Source of the DNA: Halomicronema hongdechloris C2206
GTDB taxonomy: Bacteria > Cyanobacteriota > Cyanobacteriia > Phormidesmidales > Phormidesmidaceae
Length of the DNA: 32,000 bases
Direction of reading: 5' to 3'
Assembly (NCBI RefSeq): GCF_002075285.3
Contig: NZ_CP021983.2
Span: 5,490,001-5,522,000, forward strand
A program made the translations under genes and the position numbers. The stretch's first letter is position 1. Every line of letters begins with the position of its first letter. The notes under the pieces were generated by a model. The model did not search any database. It saw only the letters and a program-made list of their open reading frames with translations, and was not told where the DNA came from. Positions 8,052-16,299 of the stretch are shown piece after piece.

Positions 8052-9844
8052 GCTGCCACTGGTCTCCCGGCTGTCTTCGCAATTAGATGGGCGACTCCTA
8101 AGCACCCGACGGCGTTCACCGCCAGAAATAATCGGGCTAGGGTCCCTGGCCCCAACCATAGCAACTGCGGATCGAACAGGGCACTGGTGCCGAGGAAAAC
8201 GGCCATGCCCAGGCTGACGCCGAGGGCAAACCCCTGACCTGGCCCATGGCTCAAGAGCAGGGCCATGAGGATAACGGGAATCAATAGACTGGCGAACAGT
8301 GGGTTCAGGGCACTACTGCCGGTGATGACGTTACCCAATTCTGGAATCGAACTGGCGGCCACCCGTAGAGGCCATTGGGGCAGATCGAACACGTAGAGTC
8401 CCCGCAGGAAAAACAGCCCGGTGCTGCCCATGACTAGCCCTGCCGATAGGGACCCCGTCCAGGCGAAGGGGACATACTTCTGCAGCAGCCAAGCCAATAG
8501 ATAGGACCCCAACACCATCGCCAATTTAGGCAGCAGCGCCACGGCGCCGCCGTCGAACCAAAACTTGAGGTTGAGATAACCGTTGTCCCGCAGCCAGCGG
8601 ATAAAGTGCCGGGGGCTGAGTTGCCCCTGGCCAGCCAGTTTAACGGCTGCCGCCGCATTCAGTTGCCCGGCTCCGTAGTGATTGAGGGGGTCATCGGGCA
8701 CGGCTTGGGCCGATTGCTGCAAAATGGCAACGATGTCATCGGGGTCGTCGATGCCCACCGCCTTCACCAAGGCGGCCACTCCAGCCACGTGGGGAGCGGC
8801 CATGCTGGTGCCCTGAAACGCCTTAAAGATGGGGTTGCCGGTTTCTGGATCGAGGGTGTTTTGCAGGATGCCACCGCGCTGGTTGTCTGGTTGCATCAGG
8901 CCTCCGGGGGCGGTCAGATCGACCCCGGCCCCGAAGTTAGAGTAGGGGGTCTTCTGGCCCGTGGCATCCAGGGCAGCCACCGCCATCACATGGGGATAGC
9001 GGGCCGGGTAGTTGGCGGCATTCTGCCCGGCATTGCCCGCTGCCGCCACCAGCATCACGCCGTGATCGTGGGCATATTCGGTGGCCTCTCGCAGCACCTG
9101 GCTATCGCCAAAGCCCCCCAGACTCAGGTTAATCACGTCGGCCTGGTGGTCGGTGGCAAACTGGATGGCTTCGGCAATGTCAGCCACGGTACCGCCACCG
9201 GCGGCACTCAAGACTTTCAGAGGCATGAGTCGGGCTTCGTAGGCAATGCCGGCCACTCCGTAGCCGTTGTTGGTGGATTGGGCGATGGTGCCGGCCACAT
9301 GGGTGCCGTGACCGTTGTCGTCTATGGCCTCGGTGTGATCATTGATGAAGTCGTAGCCTGCCACAAACTCGGTTTGGGCCAGGTCGGGCACGGGGCTGAT
9401 GCCAGTGTCGATTACCGCCACGGTCACTCCTTGGCCGCGACTGTCTCCCCAGGCGGCTTCGATGCCGATGTTGCGCAGGTTCCACTGCTTGTTGTAGTCA
9501 GGATCGTTGGGGACAAAGTGGGTGTGGTATTGGTAGTTGGGTTCGCTGACCTCGAGCCAGTTGCCTAACCGTGAGCGCCGTAGGGCCTGGCGAAAGGTGC
9601 GATCGCGAATGGCTGCCCCGGTGAGCACGTAGAGATTATCCGGGTCGGAAAATTCGCTGTTGAGGTGGAAGCTGATGGGATAGTCGGTTGCGATCGCAGC
9701 TAAGACCTGCTCAATCTCGGCATTGGGCACCCCATCGTCCACATCCAGAATCAGGCTGTCATAGTCTCCTGGGGGGCCAGTAAACGTTGCGATCGCCCCC
9801 AGCACGCCAACTAAAAATAATGCCGTCCACAGCAACCACTTCAT
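8048..9844 (-). CDS. S8 (subtilisin-like) serine peptidase with N-terminal signal anchor and C-terminal polytopic membrane domain
   Basis: Catalytic triad contexts VAVIDTGI (Asp), HGTHVAGTI (His) and GTSMAAPHVAG (Ser). The N-terminus MKWLLWTALFLVGVLGAIA is hydrophobic. The last ~170 aa contain about 5-6 hydrophobic helices. Confidence 0.85.
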   Translation of the reverse strand: MKWLLWTALFLVGVLGAIATFTGPPGDYDSLILDVDDGVPNAEIEQVLAAIATDYPISFHLNSEFSDPDNLYVLTGAAIRDRTFRQALRRSRLGNWLEVSEPNYQYHTHFVPNDPDYNKQWNLRNIGIEAAWGDSRGQGVTVAVIDTGISPVPDLAQTEFVAGYDFINDHTEAIDDNGHGTHVAGTIAQSTNNGYGVAGIAYEARLMPLKVLSAAGGGTVADIAEAIQFATDHQADVINLSLGGFGDSQVLREATEYAHDHGVMLVAAAGNAGQNAANYPARYPHVMAVAALDATGQKTPYSNFGAGVDLTAPGGLMQPDNQRGGILQNTLDPETGNPIFKAFQGTSMAAPHVAGVAALVKAVGIDDPDDIVAILQQSAQAVPDDPLNHYGAGQLNAAAAVKLAGQGQLSPRHFIRWLRDNGYLNLKFWFDGGAVALLPKLAMVLGSYLLAWLLQKYVPFAWTGSLSAGLVMGSTGLFFLRGLYVFDLPQWPLRVAASSIPELGNVITGSSALNPLFASLLIPVILMALLLSHGPGQGFALGVSLGMAVFLGTSALFDPQLLWLGPGTLARLFLAVNAVGCLGVAHLIAKTAGRPVAA

Positions 9845-10063
9845 CGCCCACCAACCTCACCGGGTGCCCGTCTGTCTTTTGCCATACTGTCTTTTGCCAT
9901 ATTAGTGCGTGGTGTCGATATCCTGACAGCAATATCGACATCCTTATCACCTTGCCATTGACTACGAGCAACCGTTTCACCCCCCGTTGACGGCAGAGAG
10001 AAGCTACCTGACAAATGCAATATACCTGAATCGTCAGGGGGATCGTCGCGTCAGTCCTCTCCG

Positions 10064-13000
10064 TCACAACCCATTACCGATGATGATAAAAGGCGACCAG
10101 TAATAGGGATGGGCGGTGCGGGGTAAATTTTGATCGTCCCCAGGCACATCAAGGTATTCCCGGTCGATGGTGGCGCGGGGGATGTCGCGATCGCTGGGAT
10201 CGCCGGGCTGGTTGCCATACAGCAAACTGAGCTGGGCCTGCCGCAACGCCTGACTCACCGATACCCGCTGCTCGGGAGTGCTCTGGGCCAGGTTGGCATA
10301 GAACTGCTGCATCAGGTCGCTGGTGGCCTGGTCGCTCACCTGCCAGAGGGAGGCAACGACCGTATCGACTCTGGCTCGGAGAAAGGTGCTGGCAATGCTG
10401 GCTAACTCCAAGCCGCTTTGATCGACATCTGCCAGTGCCGTCTCACAGGCTGATAGCACCACTAAGCTGAGATTGCGGAAATAATCGGTCGCGGTTTCCA
10501 ACTCTCGAATGTAAAGCGGTTCACCGATGCCCAGCATCAGGTAAGACTGGTCATCGGCATTAGGTTCAAACACGCCATGGGTGGCAATGTGCAAAACCTG
10601 ATGCCTGCGCGCTAATCGCAGGGACGCCTGGCTGAAGGCTTCGTTTAAGAACGTTTCTCCCCGATAAATGCCGGGTTCGGTTTCCGTTTCTTTGACGATG
10701 GTCGCTAGTTCATCGGGCACGTTGTCGAGGGGATAGCGAAAGCCATGCTCGGGCACCGGATTGGAAAGCCCCAGGCCCAAGACCGATGTTTCATCCAACG
10801 TCCTTAGGGGATTATCGGTTTCAGTCTGTTCGGCACCCAACAAGGTCGAAACGGTATAGTTCTCAATCAGATAGTGCTCGCCATCATGCAGCGCCGCAAA
10901 GGGAATGTAGCGGGTGACCAGGTCGGGAACGATTACCAAATTAGGCACCTGCCCCTCTGGCAAAGTGGCCTGGAGGGCTTGCAACTCTTGTTCGAGCAGT
11001 TCCGGAATTAAATAGTTATGGAGTTCCTGAGCCACGGCCTGCACGGCGGGAATAGCCCTGGCATCACAGCCGCCCCACTCACAGGCTTCCATTAATGTTC
11101 GAAACTGGAGCACCGCCTCGCCAATTTGCTGACGACCCACCGGCACCTCAATCGGCACCGCCACACCGCCCGCCGACCCCCACAAGATCCAGAGCTTATC
11201 GTCCAGCACCACCGGATACACCAACACCGTCCCGGGATATTTCTCCGCCAGGACACCCGCCGTCCCCTGAAACCCATCCGGATCCAGTTCCTGACGCGCC
11301 TGCAAAACCTGCTCGTCCTCTCGCGCGCGACGGGCTTCCTGCTCAGCCTGTCTTTGGGCATTCAGGTCATCCACCGCTTGGTTAAACGCGGCACTGAGCA
11401 TTTCATAGTGCTCGTCCAGTTCAGCCAGTCTTGCTTCATCACAATTTGCTGATGGAGGAAATTCGCATGCAGCTTCAGCTTTGTCTCGCTCCAACCCAAA
11501 GGTGACCAAGTTAGTATGAGCCTCCATAACGACCTCTTCTGCGTCGTCCAACTCAAATTCCCGAGTTTCGATATTGGTCACCCGCCCTCGTGTAAACTCT
11601 TGCAGTTCCTGCACCTTGAGCAGTTCCAACACCTGCTGCGCTTCCAGAATGTCGCCTCTGGCCAGGAGCAGATCGGCCAGGCGACGGTAGGTGTCGGCCA
11701 CACTGTCGGTATAAGACTGTTGCAGCGCTTGGGGTAGTCCGGTTAACCCGCCGCGAATCAACTCGCGCACGTTGACGGAGGCTTTGAGGAAGACAATAGC
11801 CAGATCGGGTTGCTCGAGTTGGGCAAAGGTGTGGCCTAAGTTGCTGAGAGCGATCCCCGTCTCAGCCTGGCTGCCAATGGCTTGCGTCAGGCTGAGCGAT
11901 TGCTGGTAAAAGTCAATGGCGCGCTCATAGTCGCCCAGGGAAGCGTAGACCAGGCCCAAGTTGCCCAGGGAAGCAGCTTCTCCACCGCGATCGCCAATGT
12001 CGTGCCTAATGGCTAAGGATTGCTCATGAAAGTCAATAGCCCGTTCATACTGTCCTAGAGAACGGTAGGTAATACCTAAGTTGTTCAAGGCACGTCCTTC
12101 TCCAGCGCGATCACCGATGTCTTGGGCAATCGCTAAGGCTTGTTGATGGAAGTCAATAGCTTGCTTGTATTCACCTAGAAAAAAGTAAACAACGCCCAGG
12201 TTACCTAAGGCAGTAACCTCACCCTTTTGGTTAACAATCTCGCGAGCAATGGCTAAATGTTGCTGAAAAAAGTCAATGGCCCGCTCGTATTGACCCAAAG
12301 ACAAGTAAGAAGCACCTAAATTGCCGAGAGTATCAGCTTCCAATTGAGGGTCACCAATATCACGGGCAATGGCTAAGGCTTGCTGATGGAAGTCAATAGC
12401 CCGTTCGTACTGACTCAGTGAAAAATAGGCCCCAGCCAAGTTGTTTAGGGAAGCAGCCTCTCCCCAGCGATTGCCAATATCACGATCAATGGCTAAGGCT
12501 TGCTGATGGAAATCAATGGCCCGCTCGTATTTCCCTTGGGCGAAGTAGGCATTGCCTAGGTTGCCCAGGGAGACAGTCTCCCCCTGGAGATCGCGAATGT
12601 CAAGGAAAATCGCTAAGGCTTGCTGATGGAAGTCAATAGCCCGCTCATATTGCCCCAAGAGATTGTAGGTATTACCTAAGTGATTCAAGGCATAGGCCTC
12701 TCCCCAACGGTTGCCGGTGTTGCGGACAATGACTAAGGCTTGCTGATGGAAATCAATGGCCTGCTCATATTGCCCCAAGAGACTGTAGGTATTTCCTAGA
12801 TTGTCCAAGGCATAGGCCTCTTCCCTGCTGTCGCCGATGTCGCGAGCAATGGCTAAGGCTTGCTGATGGAAATCAATGGCCCGCTCATATTGCCCCAAGA
12901 AACGATAAGCTCCGCCCAAATTGTTTAAGGCTTTAGCTTCCTCTCGGCGATCGCTGATGTCACGGGCAATGGTTAGATGTTGCCTATAAAAGTCGATGGC

Positions 13001-13822
13001 GCGCTCAAATTGCCCTAGAGAAGCATAGGCGATGCCTAGGTTGCTTAAGGCAGTAGCTTCCCTATGGCGATCTCCGATGTCTCGGAAAATGGCTAAGGCT
13101 TGTTGGTAAAAGTCAATGGCGCGATCGTATTGAGCTAAGGAATCATAGATACTACCCAAGTTGCCCAGAGCACGTCCCTCCTCGGCGCGATCACTAATGT
13201 CGCGTGTAATGGCTAATTGCTGCTCATAGAGGCTAATAGCCTGCTCATATTGGCCGGTATTGCGATAAGCAATACCTAGATCACCCAGGACATAGCTTTC
13301 CAAAACACGATCGCCGATTTCGCGAGTGATAGCTAGAGATTGCTGATAAGTGTTAATAGCCTGCTCATATTGTCCGAGTCTGTTGTGTTGAAGGCCCAAG
13401 TTGTATAAGGCAGCAGCTTCTCGCTGGCGGCTTTCCTCAGGAAATGCTTCGCGAACCCTAGGCTCTCGATAGATAGCTAACGCCTGCTCATATTGTCTGA
13501 GTTTGTTGTATACGAGGCCCAAGTTATAAAGTGCAGCAGCTTCTCGCTGGCGACTTTCCTCAGGAAATGCTTCGTGAACCCTAGGCTCTCGATAGATAGC
13601 TAATGCCTGTTCCCAAGATTGCAATGCCTCGCGAAACTGACTAGTGTCATACTGCTGAATGCCTTGGTGGAAGAGTCGATCGGCTTCGGCTTTGCGGTCT
13701 CCAGCGCTCTCGCCTTGGGCCAGGGCAGGGGGGAGGAGAGCGGGAGTCGGGGGAAGAGGGGAGAGGGGGGTGAATAAGGCGGTGGCGGCGACTAAACCGA
13801 GTAGCTTGGCTGGGTAACGCAT
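10064..13822 (-). CDS. secreted tetratricopeptide-repeat / CHAT (caspase-like) domain protein
   Basis: From ATG 13822: MRYPAKLLGLVAATALFTPL...PPALAQGES, which is signal-peptide-like. About 20 TPR-like 40-aa repeats follow (YERAIDFHQQALAIARDIGD...). The C-terminal CHAT domain has HIATHG (His) and VVLSACETA (Cys). The 87 extra codons in the track ORF translate a C-rich repeat and are rejected. Confidence 0.85.
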   Translation of the reverse strand: MRYPAKLLGLVAATALFTPLSPLPPTPALLPPALAQGESAGDRKAEADRLFHQGIQQYDTSQFREALQSWEQALAIYREPRVHEAFPEESRQREAAALYNLGLVYNKLRQYEQALAIYREPRVREAFPEESRQREAAALYNLGLQHNRLGQYEQAINTYQQSLAITREIGDRVLESYVLGDLGIAYRNTGQYEQAISLYEQQLAITRDISDRAEEGRALGNLGSIYDSLAQYDRAIDFYQQALAIFRDIGDRHREATALSNLGIAYASLGQFERAIDFYRQHLTIARDISDRREEAKALNNLGGAYRFLGQYERAIDFHQQALAIARDIGDSREEAYALDNLGNTYSLLGQYEQAIDFHQQALVIVRNTGNRWGEAYALNHLGNTYNLLGQYERAIDFHQQALAIFLDIRDLQGETVSLGNLGNAYFAQGKYERAIDFHQQALAIDRDIGNRWGEAASLNNLAGAYFSLSQYERAIDFHQQALAIARDIGDPQLEADTLGNLGASYLSLGQYERAIDFFQQHLAIAREIVNQKGEVTALGNLGVVYFFLGEYKQAIDFHQQALAIAQDIGDRAGEGRALNNLGITYRSLGQYERAIDFHEQSLAIRHDIGDRGGEAASLGNLGLVYASLGDYERAIDFYQQSLSLTQAIGSQAETGIALSNLGHTFAQLEQPDLAIVFLKASVNVRELIRGGLTGLPQALQQSYTDSVADTYRRLADLLLARGDILEAQQVLELLKVQELQEFTRGRVTNIETREFELDDAEEVVMEAHTNLVTFGLERDKAEAACEFPPSANCDEARLAELDEHYEMLSAAFNQAVDDLNAQRQAEQEARRAREDEQVLQARQELDPDGFQGTAGVLAEKYPGTVLVYPVVLDDKLWILWGSAGGVAVPIEVPVGRQQIGEAVLQFRTLMEACEWGGCDARAIPAVQAVAQELHNYLIPELLEQELQALQATLPEGQVPNLVIVPDLVTRYIPFAALHDGEHYLIENYTVSTLLGAEQTETDNPLRTLDETSVLGLGLSNPVPEHGFRYPLDNVPDELATIVKETETEPGIYRGETFLNEAFSQASLRLARRHQVLHIATHGVFEPNADDQSYLMLGIGEPLYIRELETATDYFRNLSLVVLSACETALADVDQSGLELASIASTFLRARVDTVVASLWQVSDQATSDLMQQFYANLAQSTPEQRVSVSQALRQAQLSLLYGNQPGDPSDRDIPRATIDREYLDVPGDDQNLPRTAHPYYWSPFIIIGNGL
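11780..13690 (-). repeat. in-frame 120-bp periodic coding repeats (TPR array)
   Basis: GGCTAAGGCTTGCTGATGGA-like cores recur at 12011, 12131, 12251, 12371, 12491, 12611, 12731, 12851, 12971, 13091 and 13211, an exact 120-bp phase. Confidence 0.85.
13380..13625 (-). repeat. near-identical tandem duplication of a 123-bp (41-codon) unit inside the TPR-CHAT gene
   Basis: 13380-13502 and 13503-13625 align without gaps and with few mismatches. They encode ALAIYREPRV(H/R)EAFPEESRQREAAALYNLGL... twice. Confidence 0.8.
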
Positions 13823-13930
13823 GGGAGTTCGTTCCAGTCCTGGGGGTTGACACCAGGATATATGTCTGAGCCGGGGGGAGTTATTCAGGTTTGTGGCGTT
13901 TTGTGAAGAGGAGGGAGCTTGCCCCGAGCG

Positions 13931-14003
13931 GAGGCGAGGGGGGAGTGGGGAGTGGGGGAGTGAGGAGAGGGGGGGGATGGGGAGATAGGGGGATATGGAG
14001 GGG
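13931..14003. repeat. G-rich (plus strand) heptamer-like low-complexity tract
   Basis: GAGGCGAGGGGGGAGTGGGGAGTGGGGGAGTGAGGAGAGGGGGGGGATGGGGAGATAGGGGGATATGGAGGGG. GGGGAGT-type units, about 110-180 bp upstream of the CHAT gene start. Confidence 0.6.
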
Positions 14004-14109
14004 CTTGCTGTGAGCGGAGTCGAAACCAGCGGGTTCAGAACTGTCCTGCAGCACAAACGTGGCCTGCCAGAAATGCTACGCAAGCATCCCCTACAGGCTG
14101 TCGTGTGAT

Positions 14110-14670
14110 CTAAAGCTTATCTGGGTCAACTCCCAGCTCTCGAAGCTTAGCCGCCAGAATCTCATTGCGCTGCCGCTCAGCCACCACCGCTTCCTCGGGG
14201 GTGGGCAGCAATTGCTTATCGGCAGTGAAAAACCGTAACTGGTTCTCACGGATCCCTAGAAAGAGCTGCAATTGCTAGACTCCACAGCCATCCTGCCGCA
14301 GTCGGTTCCCGCTCAACGTATTGCCCATCCACCAGATGAAATCCACGAAACTCCAGCGTGTTGGGGTCAAACCAGAAATAGTCGGGGGTCCGGAAAGTAT
14401 CTTGATAGATTTGCTTCTTCAAACCCCGGTCGGTGTCAGCCGTGGAATCCGACAGTAATTCCACAATCACGTTTGGGTATTTGCCATCTTCTTCCCACAC
14501 CACCCAGCTTCTGCGCGGTTTGCGCTCGGTGTCCAGTACCACGAAGAAGTCCGGACCAAAAATATTCTGAACCGCCTCCATTGTCTCAGTAACCAGAGAA
14601 GGTTCAGAATGTTTTTGCATAAAATCTTCTGACTTCCGCTGGTGTGGACTGTAGTAAATGGTGAGATTCT
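14110..14670 (-). pseudogene. Uma2-family (DUF820) endonuclease remnant, 5'-truncated and frameshifted
   Basis: ...PDFFVVLDTERKPRRSWVVWEEDGKYPNVIVELLSDSTADTDRGLKKQIYQDTFRTPDYFWFDPNTLEFRGFHLVDGQYVEREPTAAGWLWS. After a 1-nt frame change near 14274-14280, the other frame reads QLQLFLGIRENQLRFFTADKQLLPTPEEAVVAERQRNEILAAKLRELGVDPDKL*. The N-terminal part is replaced by the IS end at 14671. Confidence 0.65.
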
Positions 14671-15966
14671 GAGTGCCTGACAGAAGTAGCTGAAAGGTAG
14701 TCATATCAGGACAAAGAGGAAATAGGCAGAGCTCGTGTGCGAGGCTGTAGTTACCACACTGACGGCCAAAGCGACATGCCAAGCTCTACCCAGCTCTATG
14801 ATCAACTGCTGCACTATCTGCGTCAATACAGCCACTACCGGGACTTGCGCCATATCAAAGCCCTATCTTGGATGGTCACCGCCCTGATTTGTAGTGGTGA
14901 GCTGAGCCCACCTGCTTGGGAGTCCTACGTGATAAGCCGTGCCAACAAAGCGCAAAGCTTCGAGCGGCGGTGGCATCGATTTTTCGGCAACCGGCTCGTT
15001 GAGATAAATCAGCTCTACCTACCGCTGGTGCTGCTGACGCTGAGGCAGTGGGAGGGCAAGCGGCTGTATCTGGCACTCGATACAACGGTGCTGTGGAACC
15101 AATACTGCATGATTCACCTGTCAGTGGTGTGCTGCGGACGAGCAGTCCCGCTACTGTGGCGAGTGCTTGAGCATGGCAGTGCAACGGTGGCTTTTGAAGA
15201 ATACCGCCCTTTGCTGCGCCGTGCCCGGTGGCTTTTGAGGCAGTACCCGAACCTAATGCTGCTGGCCGACCGAGGCTTTGCCAACCACGACTTGATGAGT
15301 TGGTTGCAAGCGAGCAGTTGGCACTACTGCTTGCGAGTGCCCTGCGATGTCCTGCTGCACGGGCCAAGGCGTTATCCGACTGAAGTGAGATATCTGTGGC
15401 CGCCAAAAGGCGAGGCGATTTTCTATCGAAATGTCAGGCTGTGGCAGGATGGCTCCCACCAGTGCAACATCGTGCTGGCGACGCTTAAAGGCGTCAAAGA
15501 GCCTTGGGCCGTCATCACCGATGAACCGCCTACCTTGCAGACGCTCTGGCGCTACGCGTTGCGTTTCAGAGTAGAGGAGCTGTTTTTGGATAGCAAATCA
15601 GGAGCTTTCGAGATTGAAGACTCCCGAATCCGCTCAGCGGTAGCCCTTGAGCGACTTTATCTAGTGGCCGCTATTGCACTGCTTTATGGAACAACCACTG
15701 GCATGGCGGTTCAGATTGAAGGCCTTAGGCAGCAGGTAGACCCTCATTGGCGGCGCGGACTCAGCTACCTCAAGATTGGATTGCGCTGGCTTAAGGGAGT
15801 CGTTCACAAAGGACGACAGCTTCTAGAGCCGATAGCGCTGTTAGTCCGTGACCCAGAGCCTTGTTTTGCCTCCAAAAAAGCGGAGCACGACTATTACGAC
15901 CAAATCTGGTTCTCTCGCATCCGCTCTCTATCCTGCCGACTAGAGTAAAAGATGTGTCAGGCAGTC
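14671..15966 (+). mobile_element. IS4-family insertion sequence (copy 1), about 1.3 kb, no target-site duplication seen
   Basis: Candidate terminal inverted repeats are GAGTGCCTGACAGAAG (14671-14686) and the complement of 15951-15966, GACTGCCTGACACATC (13/16 match). These termini resemble those of the second IS4 element in the window. The flanks differ (..GAGATTCT versus AGGCTGCC..). Confidence 0.5.
14776..15948 (+). CDS. IS4-family DDE transposase
   Basis: 390 aa from ATG 14776. DDE contexts are LALDTTVL, LLADRGFA, and the Y-x2-R-x3-E-x6-K signature in WRYALRFRVEELFLDSK. Confidence 0.85.
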   Translation: MPSSTQLYDQLLHYLRQYSHYRDLRHIKALSWMVTALICSGELSPPAWESYVISRANKAQSFERRWHRFFGNRLVEINQLYLPLVLLTLRQWEGKRLYLALDTTVLWNQYCMIHLSVVCCGRAVPLLWRVLEHGSATVAFEEYRPLLRRARWLLRQYPNLMLLADRGFANHDLMSWLQASSWHYCLRVPCDVLLHGPRRYPTEVRYLWPPKGEAIFYRNVRLWQDGSHQCNIVLATLKGVKEPWAVITDEPPTLQTLWRYALRFRVEELFLDSKSGAFEIEDSRIRSAVALERLYLVAAIALLYGTTTGMAVQIEGLRQQVDPHWRRGLSYLKIGLRWLKGVVHKGRQLLEPIALLVRDPEPCFASKKAEHDYYDQIWFSRIRSLSCRLE

Positions 15967-16120
15967 AGGCTGCCATCTCAACCCGCATCCACCCTTTGTC
16001 GTAGTAGCACCGAGCTTTGTCAAAGCCGGGTCGAGTACACAGCGACACATACGATTCCCAGGTGGCAGGTATCCAGGTATCCGTTGCAATGCCTTGTGGA
16101 CGTGATGCAGTATCGACCAT
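15967..16120 (-). pseudogene. N-terminal 51-codon fragment of a second-type Uma2 endonuclease, cut by the IS end
   Basis: Reverse translation from ATG (complement of 16118-16120): MVDTASRPQGIATDTWIPATWESYVSLCTRPGFDKARCYYDKGWMRVEMAA. This parallels MTLSTSQIQTDTWVKATWEEFAAAMDDPQYEKSRGYFDNGYMRIEMAP of the Uma2 gene at 17047. It stops exactly at the inferred IS terminus. Confidence 0.5.
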
Positions 16121-16299
16121 GCTGCTAACCCCATGTTTGTCATTATCCTAACGGTTGGGAAATAGGAACGGTTGGACGCTGCCATCGGGCAAAATCTCTG
16201 GTAACCACTCATCGCCACGATGCTCCGTCCCGTCCCACTTCTGCGGCCCAGTCTTTGCCGCAATCAACTCTCGAATTCGCGCCAACTTTTCGTCATTAA

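Noticed and set aside
11780-13690. Regular 120-bp periodic repeats that could superficially suggest a CRISPR-like array.
   Set aside because: The period is in-frame coding sequence (40-aa TPR units) within one long ORF. There is no repeat/unique-spacer organisation and there are no cas genes.
7371-13822. Whether the CHAT/S8 protease neighbourhood is a bacterial gasdermin-type or cyanobactin/RiPP-type system.
   Set aside because: No gasdermin-sized (~250 aa) partner, precursor peptide, or PatA/PatG-type domain is present. The only small partners are a 75-aa soluble protein and a 4-TM protein.
13823-14083. An 87-codon N-terminal extension of the TPR-CHAT ORF (track ORF 10064-14083).
   Set aside because: It translates the C-rich strand of the G-rich repeat into a proline/serine-rich string. 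The internal ATG at 13822 is followed by a typical signal peptide, so the extension is treated as non-coding.
14718-16166. A 9-bp direct repeat GGAAATAGG at 14718-14726 and 16158-16166, considered as a possible target duplication for the first IS4 element.
   Set aside because: The sequences just inside the two copies are not inverted repeats of each other. The right copy also lies beyond the Uma2 N-terminal fragment. The GAGTGCCTGACA-type termini at 14671/15966 fit better.
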